A DNA stretch of 64,000 nt. Origin: Octopus vulgaris. Lineage: Eukaryota. Positions 26,051 through 39,425 of this stretch are shown piece after piece. Position numbers and translations under genes: made by a program. The notes beneath the pieces are model-generated. The model was not told the origin of the DNA. It made no database searches and saw only the letters and a list, made by a program, of their open reading frames with translations. The stretch lies in assembly GCA_951406725.2 (NCBI GenBank), contig OX597821.1:89590001-89654000 (forward strand). The letters are read 5' to 3'. How positions within the stretch are numbered: position 1 is the stretch's first letter; every line of letters begins with the position of its first letter.

Positions 26051-26348
26051 AACCATCATCATTATCAGGCAATATATCATTGTTATTTTTTTTACTAATC
26101 TGCAAAACTTACCTATATTTAGAATCCTATAGGCCCTTGAAAATTCTAGTGATATCAGGTGGGTGTATGTAAGGAAACCTATAATTAGACCACTATTTGG
26201 AGGTAACAATCTCTTGCTGCTGTAGATATTACCATCTGATATAAGTTCTTCTTTCTAGACTATTCTAGCCCTGCATTTGTCCATTTTTGCCCATGTTTGT
26301 TTGCACTTGTTGCATTGCTATAGAAAAATGTCTTGTGATTCTGAAGAA

Positions 26349-26559
26349 CTCTTTTACTCTTTTACTTGTTTCAGTCATTTGACTGCGGCCATGCTGGAGC
26401 ACCGCCTTTAGTCGAACAACTCGACCCCGGGACTTATTCTTTGTAAGCCCAGTACTTATTCTATCGGTATCTTTTGCCGAACCGCTAAGTGACGGGGACG
26501 TAAAAACACCAGCATCGGTCGTCAAGCAATGCTAGGGGGACAAACACAGACACACAAAC

Positions 26560-26594
<35 letters not shown>

Positions 26595-26769
26595 CATATA
26601 TATGACAGGCTTCTTTCAGTTTCCGTCTACCAAATCCAAATCCACTCACAAGGCATTGGTCGGCCCGAAGCTATAGCAGAAGACACTCGCCCAAGATGCC
26701 ACACAGTGGGACTGAACCCGGAACCATGTGGTTGGTTAGCAAGCTACTTACCACACAGCCACTCCTGCG
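26349..26769 (-). mobile_element. SINE family B
   Basis: Full-length match to consensus. Confidence 0.9.
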
Positions 26770-27609
26770 TCTATTTATTTATTTAATAGCTAAACCTAAG
26801 CAATATACATAAGACAATACAGTTCCATTTATATGAAAAGATGTGGTGGTCACAGCTAGAATACATTTGATCTCAGGTCTGCTGGGGCTAAATATTAACA
26901 ACCCTGTAGAAACTTTATTGTAGGCAGATGGAGCTCATTGATAAGCCTTACTACCATGAGCCTTATGGCAATACAAGTGGTGCATCATTAGGTTTTATAC
27001 TTGTTTGTGTTGTTTATTGATATTGGAATGTGACAAAGACATTTCAAGTAATATATGTTCTTGTAGTTTCAGAATGGTCCAGAAATCATCGCAGTTCTCT
27101 GACAGGTTAAAGATCACTGCGCATTGTCAGTCATATCTTAGCTATAATGTGAATGTAATGTTTGGAAAGGCTTTTGAGAATGTACGTGTGTATTTTAGTG
27201 CATGTATGTGTGGTGGTGGGGCACTTTGTTGTGTATGTGTGTGTTTATGAGAGAGAGAAAGTATGTGTGCTAATGCACCTGTCTCTCTCTTATGTTTGGA
27301 TGAGTTTCGCAATTCCATAAAACTTGTAATGTATTTAGGAATTCACAACTGTAAGCCAATTTATAAATCCTTCCTCCTTCATTGCCCAGTGTACACATAT
27401 GCATATTATACTGACATAGATACGCACGTATGAATATATACATGCATACGCACATACACACATGTACACAATCACACACACACAGATACATGCACACATG
27501 CTCGCACACAGGCACGTGAGCACACACTCATACACACAGCGGGGCACACATGTACGCACACACGCAAACATATACACACTGACACATGCACACACACACA
27601 CACACACAC

Positions 27610-27772
27610 ATGAGGTTTGATCAAAATGTTTCTGGATTGGTGCTATACAAAGAAAACTACATCATTTTACCATTTAATCTTCTTCAAAGTAGTCGTCTTC
27701 TGAAGCCACACACTTTATCGAGCATCATTTCCATTGATGGAACCATTCCTGGAACTCCTCTTTTAGGATAGC
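27610..27772 (-). pseudogene. Mariner transposase C-terminus plus TIR remnant
   Basis: AILKEEFQEWFHQWK*CSIKCVASEDDYFEED* resembles the mariner W....KC+...GDYFE ending. Confidence 0.65.
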
Positions 27773-27797
27773 AAATATATATGTATATATACATATG

Positions 27798-28402
27798 CAG
27801 GGCCATTGCTAAGCCCCTGCAACCCCTGTGGTCACAGGGGATCACTACGGTTGAGGGGGCCCCATATTAAGATCAAAGTACGTAGATGAGTCATCTATTT
27901 ACTTTGGTTATGATGTTGAACAAGAATTAAACTATCTATGTTAACTGAAAATTTCAAGAAATAAAATGGTAATACATTGTACCTGCAAAAGTTCTAGTAA
28001 GAATATTACATTGTACCGCGAATGCATACCAGACTTTGTGGAATGTCTATGATATCTATTGCACATGAACTGAGCTCTCAGCTTGATTATTCTGAACTGA
28101 GTGATGAATTTGCAAAGCAAAAAGTGTAGCATGTTCATCTTTGAAAGTTGCCTGGATTATAAAAGTGCTCCTTTATTCATATCTGGAAGTTTTACTTATT
28201 GAAATTTGTAATAGAGCTAAATAAATTTAGCTTGTACTTTTGAAGATGTTCTTTAGGATAACAGGAAATATTGAACTTCAGATAGAATAAAGTAAAACAT
28301 AGCTATGAATAAATGGAGCATAGATTATAAATTTCGATTGAAGGAATAGGGCCTCGAAACAAAAAGTTGCAAGGGACCTCTAAAAGTCATGTGATGGAGC
28401 TG
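27798..28402 (+). mobile_element. hAT deletion derivative
   Basis: CAGGGCC...GGAGCTG termini, TACATATG near both flanks, internal LCGMSMISIAHELSSQLDYSELSDEFAKQK like the hAT dimerisation-domain end. Confidence 0.65.
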
Positions 28403-28596
28403 TATACATATGTATATATATTTGTGTTTGTACACATTGAAAAAATACACCATTACCTCTCATAACCTATATATGTGTGTGTATATATATATATATATAT
28501 TAATGATGTTGTTGAGACCCAAAGGTGCCAGGTAATGCTGAATAAGCACTATAGATAGACCATAGTTAAGTTCCAGATTTGGTGATTATGCGAATA

Positions 28597-29171
28597 AGGG
28601 GTTCAACGTTGGTCATAAAAAAAAAATGGATCTACAAATACAATCTCCCTACTCATCTCACATCTATTTTCTCTCCTCCACCTCGCTCTCTATTTTGTAT
28701 CTAATCTAAATTAACTATTACTTAACCATTCTCTCATACCGTCTCCGATGAAGGGATATAACAAATATCCTGGAAACAGCTGTAAGACCTTCTATCTATA
28801 AATATTCTAAAATTTCCACAGCCTTGGTTTTTGTAGTGTCACGGATGAAGAGGACAACAGAAGGAGAAAGAAATACAACAGGTCTTACCTCGGCAAAGAT
28901 CAGGTCTCTCACCAAACTCGGTGCGTCAAGTCGCTTCCTCATCTCAGCTCGAACTGCCCACTTCGTTGATCGCCACACGTGCGTGCTGCTTGACTGCTTC
29001 CGCTTCCCACCACACATGCGCCCTCCAATCTTCCACCGGACCCTGCAAGCCCTACTTCCGCCCTCCCTTATCTGTCGTCCTCTCCACCGACACCACAGTT
29101 TTTTATTTTATTACAAAGAAAAAAAAAACTTTTATATGCATACGCTGACATATGACCAACGTTGAACCTCT
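28597..29171. mobile_element. TA-flanked element with inverted termini carrying a hammerhead motif
   Basis: ATAAGGGGTTCAACGTTGGTCATA (28594-28617) versus TATGACCAACGTTGAACCTCTTAT (29151-29174), one mismatch. Confidence 0.75.
28741..28788 (+). ncRNA. Minimal type-I hammerhead ribozyme motif (U4C core variant)
   Basis: gtct CCGATGA a gggatat-aacaa-atatcct g GAAA cagctg TA agac; palindromic stem III, GUA cleavage triplet. Confidence 0.75.
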
Positions 29172-29955
29172 TATCTCTTATTATAAAAGGCAGATTTTAT
29201 CTGCCTCCCTTTGGGAGTTATACAAATCTACAATATAGGATTTCTTCAATTACAATTTACCTAGCATTTTTGAGAGTACAATGCATCGCGTCATGCCAGG
29301 TCCAGTTTTTAAAATTTAAACTCCAATTAAGCAAAATTTACAGAAAACTCACATTCTGGTGTGTGTGTCAAATGCTTTTCTTAGTCTGGTTTACACCACA
29401 CGCAAACGCACACACACAGTGTGCGACGAATAAAATGAAAGTAAATGTAATATTTGTTTCTGTCTATCACGCTGATAGATACATGAGTAAAATGTATGGG
29501 AAGCTAACAGATAACAGTGAGTGAAAATGTTCTTGGAAGAGAGTAAATTAGCGACAGAGTGATTTGAGCAAGACTAAACTGAAAGTATGAAACAGTGTTT
29601 ATGTATAAACAGACGACACTTATATAAACCCTTTCGTTACCAAACCGCCCGAATTTAACTATTCATATTTAAATGAGAATATCAGAGTAAATCTCTTTAG
29701 TACATTTGCGAAAACACGTATTATACTTCGTAAACACTTCAAATACAGTTTTGTACAAAAATCGAAGTGTAATTTTAATTCCGTGAATTATGGGAGATTT
29801 TTTTCCGAAATTTGTTCCTATTGTGTTTTCAAAATTTGTAATTCTGACAAAAAATGGATACGAATTTCATTATATCAAGCAGCGAGTCAGAATTCGAAGG
29901 ATTTTCTACTGAAGACCTTCATAAATCTAACTCTATGACTGAAAAAAAATAAGCA

Positions 29956-30350
29956 TCTTTATATAAGAGTGAAGTTGTGTGTCTGTCCCCTTCGATTTAG
30001 ATTCGTAACTACTCCCACATTTTGCCGTGCAGTTTAACCAAAAGTGGGTATCTTATAGTCGTGATTCATATCGAGCCCTTCTGGGTATTAGCACGCGTCT
30101 ACGATGAGTCTACGATTTAAAAAAAATTTACCATCATATTTTTCCATTTGAATGCATTTTTTTCGCTTTTATATAAGGGAAGTAACTCTCTAAAAATATC
30201 TACGATGTGTCAACGATTTTAAAAAAAATTTACCTTAATTTTTTTTCAATTTCTAATGCATTTTTTTGCTATTTTTTGGCTATAACTCTCTAAAAATGGT
30301 TATATAGTTATTTCCCTTACAACCCGAGCAACGCCGGGAGATACTGCTAG
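29956..30350 (+). mobile_element. Non-autonomous Helitron, subtype 2
   Basis: A|TCTTTATATAAG ... CCCGAGCAACGCCGGG hairpin ... CTAG|T. Confidence 0.85.
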
Positions 30351-30816
30351 TTCGTATATATAAATATAAATATATCATATACAAACACATGTACACACAC
30401 ACATAAATACATCTATATGTATATCCATATCTGTAATATATACAAATGACTTTTCAAAAGCTACCTTACTCAATAAACTCAGTTTCACTTGGATCTATTA
30501 TAATTCATGATTTTATTTGCCTGTAGCTGATTGTTTACAAGTTCTGTAGTTTGGAATGACACAGGACAGATATTTTTCCATGACTGTGTGGTAAGAAGGT
30601 TGTTTCTCAACCACATGGTTCCTGGTTCAGTCCCACTGCATGGCACCTTGAGCATGTGTCTTCTACTATAGCCTCGGGCCAACCAAAGCCTTGTGAGTGG
30701 ATTTGGTAGACAGAAACTGAAATGAGTTCAGTTCTATATTTAAAGGATGAGGAATTATGTACATTATTTACATTATTTACATTTGACGGATATTTGTCTT
30801 CATCTTGTTTGTTGTT

Positions 30817-30860
30817 AACACAACTTTTCCGCTGATATACCCTCCAGCCTTCATCAGGTC
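30817..30860 (-). ncRNA. Hammerhead motif, left arm (stem I truncated)
   Basis: gac CTGATGA aggctg-gagggtatat-cagcg GAAA agtt gtgtt. Confidence 0.65.
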
Positions 30861-30898
30861 AATAATCATAAATAAACCCAGGTTCGAAATTTCCCCAT

Positions 30899-30944
30899 GA
30901 CACCTGATGAAGGCTGGAGGGTATATCAGCTGAAACGTTCTGTT
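30899..30944 (+). ncRNA. Hammerhead motif, right arm
   Basis: gacac CTGATGA a ggctg-gagggtatat-cagct GAAA cgtt ctgtt; palindromic AACGTT. Confidence 0.75.
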
Positions 30945-31231
30945 AACAACAAACAAGATGAGGATAAATATCCATCAAATGTAAATAATGTAAATAAGGA
31001 ACGAAGTTCATCGTATATATGTATATATATGTATGTGTGTCTGTGATTGTTCCCCTACCATCGCTTGACAACTGATGGTGGTGTTTTTACGTCTCCATAA
31101 CTTAGCGGTTCAGCAAAAGGGACTGATAGAATAAGTACTAGGCTTACAAAGAATAAGTCCTGGGCTTGATATCATCAACTAAAGGTGGTGCTCCAGCATA
31201 TAACAGGGTAAATGAGAAAAAGTTAATGAAT

Positions 31232-31605
31232 ACCAACCACATGGTTCCGGGTTCAGTCCCACTGCGTGGCACCTTGGGCAAGTGTCTTCTGCTATAGCCC
31301 TGGGCCGACCAATGCCTTGTGAGTGGATTTGGTAGACGGAAACTGAAAGAAGTCTGTCGTATATATATATATATATATATGTTTGTGTGTGTGTCTGTGT
31401 TTGTCCCCCTAGCATTGCTTGACAACCGATGCTGGTGTGTTTACATCCCCGTCACTTAGCGGTTCGGCAAAAGAGACGGATAAAATAAGTACTGGGCTTA
31501 CAAAGAATAAGTCCCGGGGTCGATTTGCTCGACTAAAAGGCAGTGCTCCAGCATGGCCACAGTCAAATGACTGAAACAAGTAAAAGAGTAAAAGAGTAAA
31601 AGAGT
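31232..31605 (+). mobile_element. SINE family B, 5'-truncated
   Basis: Matches consensus. Confidence 0.9.
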
Positions 31606-31903
31606 CAATAATTATAAATAAAACATAAATAAAAAAAAGAAAAGATTATTTTGATAAGTATACGTGTGTTCACAAACATAGATATTTGCTTTATCTTTTG
31701 TGATTTATTTATGATTAACTATATGTGGCAGGGAAAAAGCATCAATCTCATGTTATTCCAAGCCACAGCACCCGCAGGCAACCAGCTACCAGCAAATAAC
31801 AACATGCGTTATAACAGAACTGAGAAAAACCGAGTTTATTGAGCATGGTACTGACAAGACGCATCTGCTCTGAAGAATGAAAAACTACCAGTTGTATAGT
31901 ATC

Positions 31904-31950
31904 TCACCTGAGAGGAACCGATGCAAGATGGGTCGAAACAATTGTCATGA
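31904..31950 (+). ncRNA. Degenerate hammerhead motif
   Basis: tcac CTGA-GAG gaacc...ggtc GAAA caattg TC atga; one core base missing, palindromic CAATTG. Confidence 0.55.
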
Positions 31951-32220
31951 TTAATAATCAATCTTGTGAATTCCATCTTCTGTTACTCTCATTTGTTATA
32001 TACTTGGAAAACACTGAGGTTGATCCAGTGGCATTTATATCAATACTGTGGATGACATCAGGTAGTCATATACAATGAAAGTTCTTTAATCAGCATGCTA
32101 CCAGGTGTATACCCAAGGTTTTAATATACATACATAAATATATATATATATACACACAGACATATATTTCCATATATATGTATCTCTCTCTCTCTATCTA
32201 TCTATTTATCTAGCTATCTA

Positions 32221-32280
<60 letters not shown>

Positions 32281-32776
32281 CGTAGGTATGCATGTATGAA
32301 TTCATCAGGTTTGTGACAAACATTTCTGATGAACCAAAGCTGACAGAATGATATAAATGAACAAACGAATAAATATATTAATAAATAAATAAATAAGTAA
32401 ATAAAACCAATGGAACAAACAAATTTTCAAGAATAAAGAGATAGCAAAGTCAAAACACAAAGAAAAAAAACACCAACAAGTAAAAAGAAAGAAACCTGAG
32501 CACACACAATTTAGTTAAATTGATTAGGGATTTTGGTAAACAGCCAAAGGCTGGTACCTACCACTAGAGACCTCCTGAAGCATTTTATAGAATCATCTTG
32601 TTTTACATCACAGAATATTTTCTCTATCAGAGAAAATGTGGAGTATAAAGCAGCTACGTCGGTGGGGAGCAGGATGTGTATAAACAATAACAAAAAAAAA
32701 CAGAAATGAACAAAACAAATGCAACATCAGACACAAAATCTGAGCAAACCCGAAAGAAATTTTCTTTTAAATTGTT

Positions 32777-33440
<664 letters not shown>

Positions 33441-33724
33441 TCCCACAGATATAAAATTTAATAATAAGAAGCTGTAAGGAAAATATGCTTTTCATGTGCA
33501 ATGCAAAAAATATATTCCAATAAAATCTGCTTTTATTCAGTTTATGTTTTTGCTGCAGTGACTGATAGAAGAGGCACATTGAGAATTCTTAACATGCTAC
33601 CATCTTTTATTTTAGCTCACTCTTCTATTATTCCTATATTTTCTTCATGTGACTGAAGAAATACATGTGTTTATATATACGCATCAGACCTAACTTCCAC
33701 CTATGTAATATAGTGTGGTGTAAG

Positions 33725-34885
33725 ATGGTGGCGAGCTGGCAGAAACGTTAGCATGCTGGATGAAATGCTTAGTGATGTTATGTCTGTCTTTGCATTCTGA
33801 GATCAAATTCCGCCGAAGTTGACTTTGCCTTTCATCCTTTCATGGTCATTAAATTAAGTACCAGTTGCATACTGGGGTCGATCTAAATTAATTCTTTATT
33901 GCCCACAGGGGGCTAAACACAGAGGGGACAAACAAGAACAGACAAACGGATTAAGTCGATTATATCGACCCCAGTAACTGGTACTTATTTAATCGACCCC
34001 GAAAGGATGAAAGGCAAAGTCGACCTCGGCGGAATTTGAACTCAGAACGTAGCGGCAGACGAATTACCGCTAAGAATTTCGCTCGGTGTGCTAATGTTTC
34101 TGCCAGCTCGCCGCCTGGGGTCGATCTAATTGACTAGCCCCATCTCCCCTATGAATTAAGTACCTGTTTCTTACTAGGTCAATCTAATCTACTGCCCACC
34201 TCCTCCCAAAAAATTTCAGGATTTGTGCCTAGAGTAGGAAAAATTATTGGATTTATCTAAGGCAGTGAGCTGGCAGAACATCAGCACGCCGGGCGAAATG
34301 CTTAGCGGTATTTCATCTGTCTACGTTCTGAGTTCAAATTCCGCTGAGCTCGATTTTGCATTTTATTCTTTCATGGTCGTTATTATTAAGTACCAGTTGC
34401 ATACTGGGGTCGATCTACTTGACTGGCCCCACCTCCCCAAAAGTTTCGGGCCTTGTACCTAGAGTAGAAAAGATTATTGGATTTACCTAAGGTGGCAAGC
34501 TGGCAGAATCGTTAGCATGCCTGGCGAAATGCTAAGCGGTATTTCGTCTGCCGTTACGTTCTGTGTTCAAATTCCTCTGAGGTTGACTTTGCCTTTCATC
34601 CTTTCGAGTTCAATTAAATAAGTACCAGTTATGCACTGGGGTCGATATAACCAACTTAATCCGTTTGTCTGTCCTTGTTTGTCCTCTCTGTGTTTAGCCC
34701 ATTGTGGGCAGTAAAGAAATAGGTATTTCATCTGTCTTTACGTTCAAATTCTTCCAAGGTTGAATTTGTCTTTCATTCTTTCGGGATTGATAAATTAAAT
34801 ACCAGCTGCATACTGGGGTTAATATAATCTACTGTCCCCACCTCCCCCAAAACTTTGGACCCTGAGCCGAGAGTAGAAAAGAAAA
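33725..34885 (+). mobile_element. Cluster of family A SINEs
   Basis: Three plus-strand heads, one dimer, one nested minus copy. Confidence 0.85.
33887..34115 (-). mobile_element. Family A monomer with Tx1-like tail and 14-bp TSD
   Basis: TGGGGTCGATCTAA at 33873-33886 and 34116-34129. Confidence 0.9.
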
Positions 34886-35330
34886 TTCTGTGTATGTTTA
34901 TAAGCATAAGTATGTATTTGTGTGATTGTACTTTTATGTTTGTGAGTATGTTTTTTGTATACTCTGTGTGTGTGTGTATGTATATATATATATAAATATG
35001 TACATAAATACATGTATGCATATATGCATGTATAATTTTCTTATGTATGAATGTGTCTATATGCATTTTTATGTGCTTGTGTTTAGATGTTTAGATGTCT
35101 TACATGAAGATTCACAAGTGTTTTCTTCTATTCTTTTACTTGTTTCAGTAATTTCACTCTGTCTATACTGGAGCACCGACTTTATATGTATCAATGTATA
35201 TATGTATATATATGTGAATCATATGTGTATATATATATTTATATATATATATATATATAAATATATATATGTATGTATATGTATATATATCTGTGTGTGT
35301 GTGTATACATATGTATATGTATGTGTGTGC

Positions 35331-35361
<31 letters not shown>

Positions 35362-35479
35362 CACACACACACACACACATATGCATATATACATTTACAT
35401 ACATAAATACTTATATGTATATATATATATATATAGATAGATACATACATGCATATACGTACATATATGTAGATAAATA

Positions 35480-35792
35480 GTGGAGGCACATGGCCTAGTG
35501 GTTAGAGCAGCAGGTTTGCAGTCAAGGGATTGTGGGTTTGAATTTCAAACCGGGTGATATGTGTGTTTATGAGTGAAACACCTAAGCTCCACGCGGCTCC
35601 GGCAGAAGGCAATGGTGAACTTCTGCTGATATTTTTGCCACAACTTTCTTTCATGCTTTCCCCCTGCATCTTCCAGTTCACCTCTGATGGACCAGTGACC
35701 CATCCACATGGGGAACCTATATGCCAAGGAAACCAGGAAACCGGCCCTATGAGCAAGGCATGGTTCAAGAAGGAACAAACAGTAACAAACAA
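35480..35792 (+). mobile_element. tRNA-derived SINE, family G head with a different tail
   Basis: GTGGAGGCACATGGCCTAGTGG...AACACCTAAGCTCCACG.GGCTCCGGCAG shared with 10300-10685; (AAC)-rich tail. Confidence 0.8.
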
Positions 35793-35819
35793 TGTACATA
35801 AATAATACATATTTATATG

Positions 35820-35861
<42 letters not shown>

Positions 35862-35887
35862 TACATATATGCATGTATGTATGTATT

Positions 35888-35945
<58 letters not shown>

Positions 35946-36123
35946 TATATGTATATCTATACAGGTATATATATTATTATATGTTTGTATACATGTTTGT
36001 GTGTGTTTGGACATGTAGAGTATTCAAATGCAGATACCTGTATTTGTCTACTTGTGTGTACGTGCATACATATATTTGTGCATGTGTGTATGGACAGAAA
36101 AACATAAAAGGCATACACACTCA

Positions 36124-36199
<76 letters not shown>

Positions 36200-36981
36200 T
36201 GAGTGTGTGATATGTTATATATGCATGTGTGTGCACGAAGTGGTAGCAAAGAGTTTATATTTCCCCACTTTCTGCTCATTGCCTATCTTTTTGTCCCCAT
36301 TATCGATGTCACGACACTAAACAGGAGACATTGATAACTGTCAGCTTGATCGCTGTGGAATAGCCATTGAGATCATGACTCTGTCCGAGCAATCGACACA
36401 TTTGATCGACACTTTGCATCAGATAAACCAGCAAATTACACAGAAGGAGGCCATAACTTCCTTTGGATAGCTTTCACAATATGCTAACTGCAGTTAACAA
36501 TGACAACTGCAACAATGATAAATATTACTGATTCTGCTGCAACAACAACAAGAACATCAGTTCCAGTGGAACAAGAAATAAAAGCCAACAACAGCTGAAG
36601 TTATAGCAAGTCCAATAAGAAGAAGAAGAAGAACACAAAAATAAAGCAACGATATTAGTGAGAACTCAAGTGATGTCATGATAACAGTTGTAACAACAGT
36701 TGAGATAATATCAACATGAAAGCTAATAAGAGCAATAATGGAAACATGGTATTTGTTGGTTGGTCAACCAGCTACAGAAAAATACCCAAATCCATCTAAA
36801 ATCCTATCCTAATATCTTTCAAGAAAAAAGAAACAAGGTATTAGAAAGCATAGTCCTATAAACATCAGATAGTGTGGGATGAGCATGGCTGGGATCTCTC
36901 TGATCCTAGGCATGTTCAGCAGGATATACAAGTATAGCATGGGGCTAAAAGACAGTACAGCCTCAATACTACACAGGTATA

Positions 36982-37458
36982 TATAATATCCATTAATTAC
37001 ACAGTTATATATAGAGAGATACCACATTACTGTATAAAATATCAATTAATTACACAGTTATATATAGCGATACCACATTACCATATTTAATATCCATTAA
37101 TTACACAGTTATATATAGTGATACCACATTACCATATATAATATCCATTAATTACACAGTTATATATAGCGATACCACATTACCATATATAATATCAATT
37201 AATTAAACAGTTATATATAGTGATACCACATTACCATATATAATATCCATTAATTACAGTTATATATAGCGATACCACATTACCGTATATGATATCCATT
37301 AATTACACAGTTATATATAGCGATACCACATTACCGTATATGATATCCATTAATTACACAGTTATATATAGCGATACCATATTACCATATATATATAATA
37401 TCCATTAATTACACAGTTATATATAGCAATACCACATAACCATATATAATATGCCATT
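36982..37458. repeat. 51-bp minisatellite, about nine units
   Basis: Unit ATATCCATTAATTACACAGTTATATATAGCGATACCACATTACCATATATA. Confidence 0.95.
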
Positions 37459-37565
37459 GACTACGATGATATATATATTAAACTTTCACTGCAGTGTTAT
37501 ATATAACATAACATCACTATCTCACAACCATATCTAATAAGTCATCACTACATTATTATACTATA

Positions 37566-37755
37566 TGAGAAGTTGCTGAAGCATCCCTGGTTGGAGGCTC
37601 AACCTTCCGAGTTCTTTTACAGGGCTTAGAAAAACTTAAGGACCGTTACAATAAGTGTGTGAATCTGTGAGGGGAATATATTAAATAAAATCGTAATTAA
37701 CTGATACTCCTGTATTTTCTTTTACTCAAAACCAGGAACTTTTCAGCATTCCTTG
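37566..37755 (+). mobile_element. Mariner-derived MITE
   Basis: TA flanks, degenerate TIRs, residual WLEAQPSEF/QGLEKLKDRYNKCVNL*GEYIK. Confidence 0.75.
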
Positions 37756-37877
37756 TAAATAATTATACTATCTACTACACTATTATGTATGACACATTAC
37801 TATTTACATACCATCATATCTAGTATACCATCAGTTTACACTATTATGCAGAACATGGGGTTCTTATGGTTTCTGAA

Positions 37878-38255
37878 AGTGTGTGGCTGTGTAGTAAGTA
37901 GCTTGCTTATGAACCACATGGTTCCAGGCTCAGTCCCACTGCATGGCACCTTGGGTAAGTGTCTTCTACTATAGCCTTGGGCCAACCAAAACCTTGTGAG
38001 TGGATTTGGTAGACGGAAACTGAAAGAAGCCCGTCGTATATATGTATATATGTGTATGCGTGTGTTTGTGTGTCTGTGTTTGTCCCCCCAACATCACCTA
38101 ACAACCGACGCTGGTGTGTTTACGTCCCTGTAACTTAGCAGTTCGGTTAAAGAGACTGATAGAATAAGTACTGGGGTCGATTTGCTCGACTAAAGGTGGT
38201 GCTCCAGCATGGCCACAGTCACATGACTGAAGCAAGTAAAAGAGTAAAAGAGTAA
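37878..38255 (+). mobile_element. SINE family B
   Basis: Matches consensus. Confidence 0.9.
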
Positions 38256-38624
38256 GACTGAGAAAAACGGATAAGTGTTTTAGCAAATATCTTTGAAAGT
38301 AATTTGCTCTCTGGTTAATGCAAAACTGTAGCTACCTTTATTGATACTGATGGAGGAGTGATACATAAAAGCCTACTGTCATATGATACTATTAGACTTT
38401 GCAGGTCAAATATTTAATGGGTCTCTGTAAAGTATGGTGGACATGAAGTAAAAGGAACAGGAAGAAAAGCCATTAAGGCAACAAAGACTACCTTGGAAGG
38501 GGAATATAGTTTATGCAGTATAGAGTTGGTAAACAGATGGAAGAGTTTAAAAGAGGAAGGATTAAGGAATTATGTAAGGCACAAGAATGGTAGCATACAA
38601 TGCTTTCGGTAAAAGTGGGATACT

Positions 38625-39029
38625 CTCTGTTTACTCTTTTACTTGTTTCATCCATTTGACTGCGGCCATGCTGGAGCACCGCCTTTAGTCGAGCAAATCG
38701 ACCCCGGGACTTATTTTTTTGTAAGCCCAGTACTTATTCTATCGGTCTCTTTTGCCGAACCGCTAAGTGATGGGGACGTAAACACACCAGCATCGGTTGT
38801 CAAGCAATGCTAGGGGGACAAACACACACACACATATATATATATATACATATATATACATATATACGACAGGCTTCTTTCAGTTTCCGTCTACCAAATC
38901 CACTCACAAGGCTTTGGTCGGCCCGGGGCTATAGCAGAAGACACTTGCCGAAGATGCCACGCAGTGGGACTGAACGCGGAACCATGTGGTTGGTTAGCAA
39001 GCTACTTACCACACAGCCACTCCTGCGCC
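38625..39029 (-). mobile_element. SINE family B
   Basis: Matches consensus. Confidence 0.9.
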
Positions 39030-39425
39030 TATGTTATGGATTTGTTATGGATGTTATGGATTTGTTACTTGATCTCCAATATTATGTCTGGTTGGCACTA
39101 AAGAAAGAAGAGAGAAAAGCAATGATTGGTGGAGTGGAGATGGAAGCAGAAAATGCTCCAACTGGGGATACAGCAGTGACATATGAAAGGAAGACCAAAG
39201 CTGAGGGCAAACTACAAATTCTCAGCGAGTATTCAAGCGAAATAGTTGCTGCAAAAGTAATTACAACCCCTAACATGGGAAAATGTATGTTACAGTGAGG
39301 GTGAAAGAACCTAGTTATTACCTGGTTGCATGGAACAAACAAAAGAGCAATGCAGAAGGGAAGTGCTAAAATCATTGTGAATGTTAGTTAACAGCTGATA
39401 GAATGTGCAAGTAAAATATATAATA

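Larger units (their letters stand above)
30578..31200 (+). mobile_element. SINE family B interrupted by an inverted pLTR pair
   Basis: Family B sequence stops at 30730 and resumes at about 31001. Confidence 0.85.

Noticed and set aside
39060-39400. Possible host exon
   Set aside because: No recognisable domain or supportable splice sites; more likely decayed retroelement
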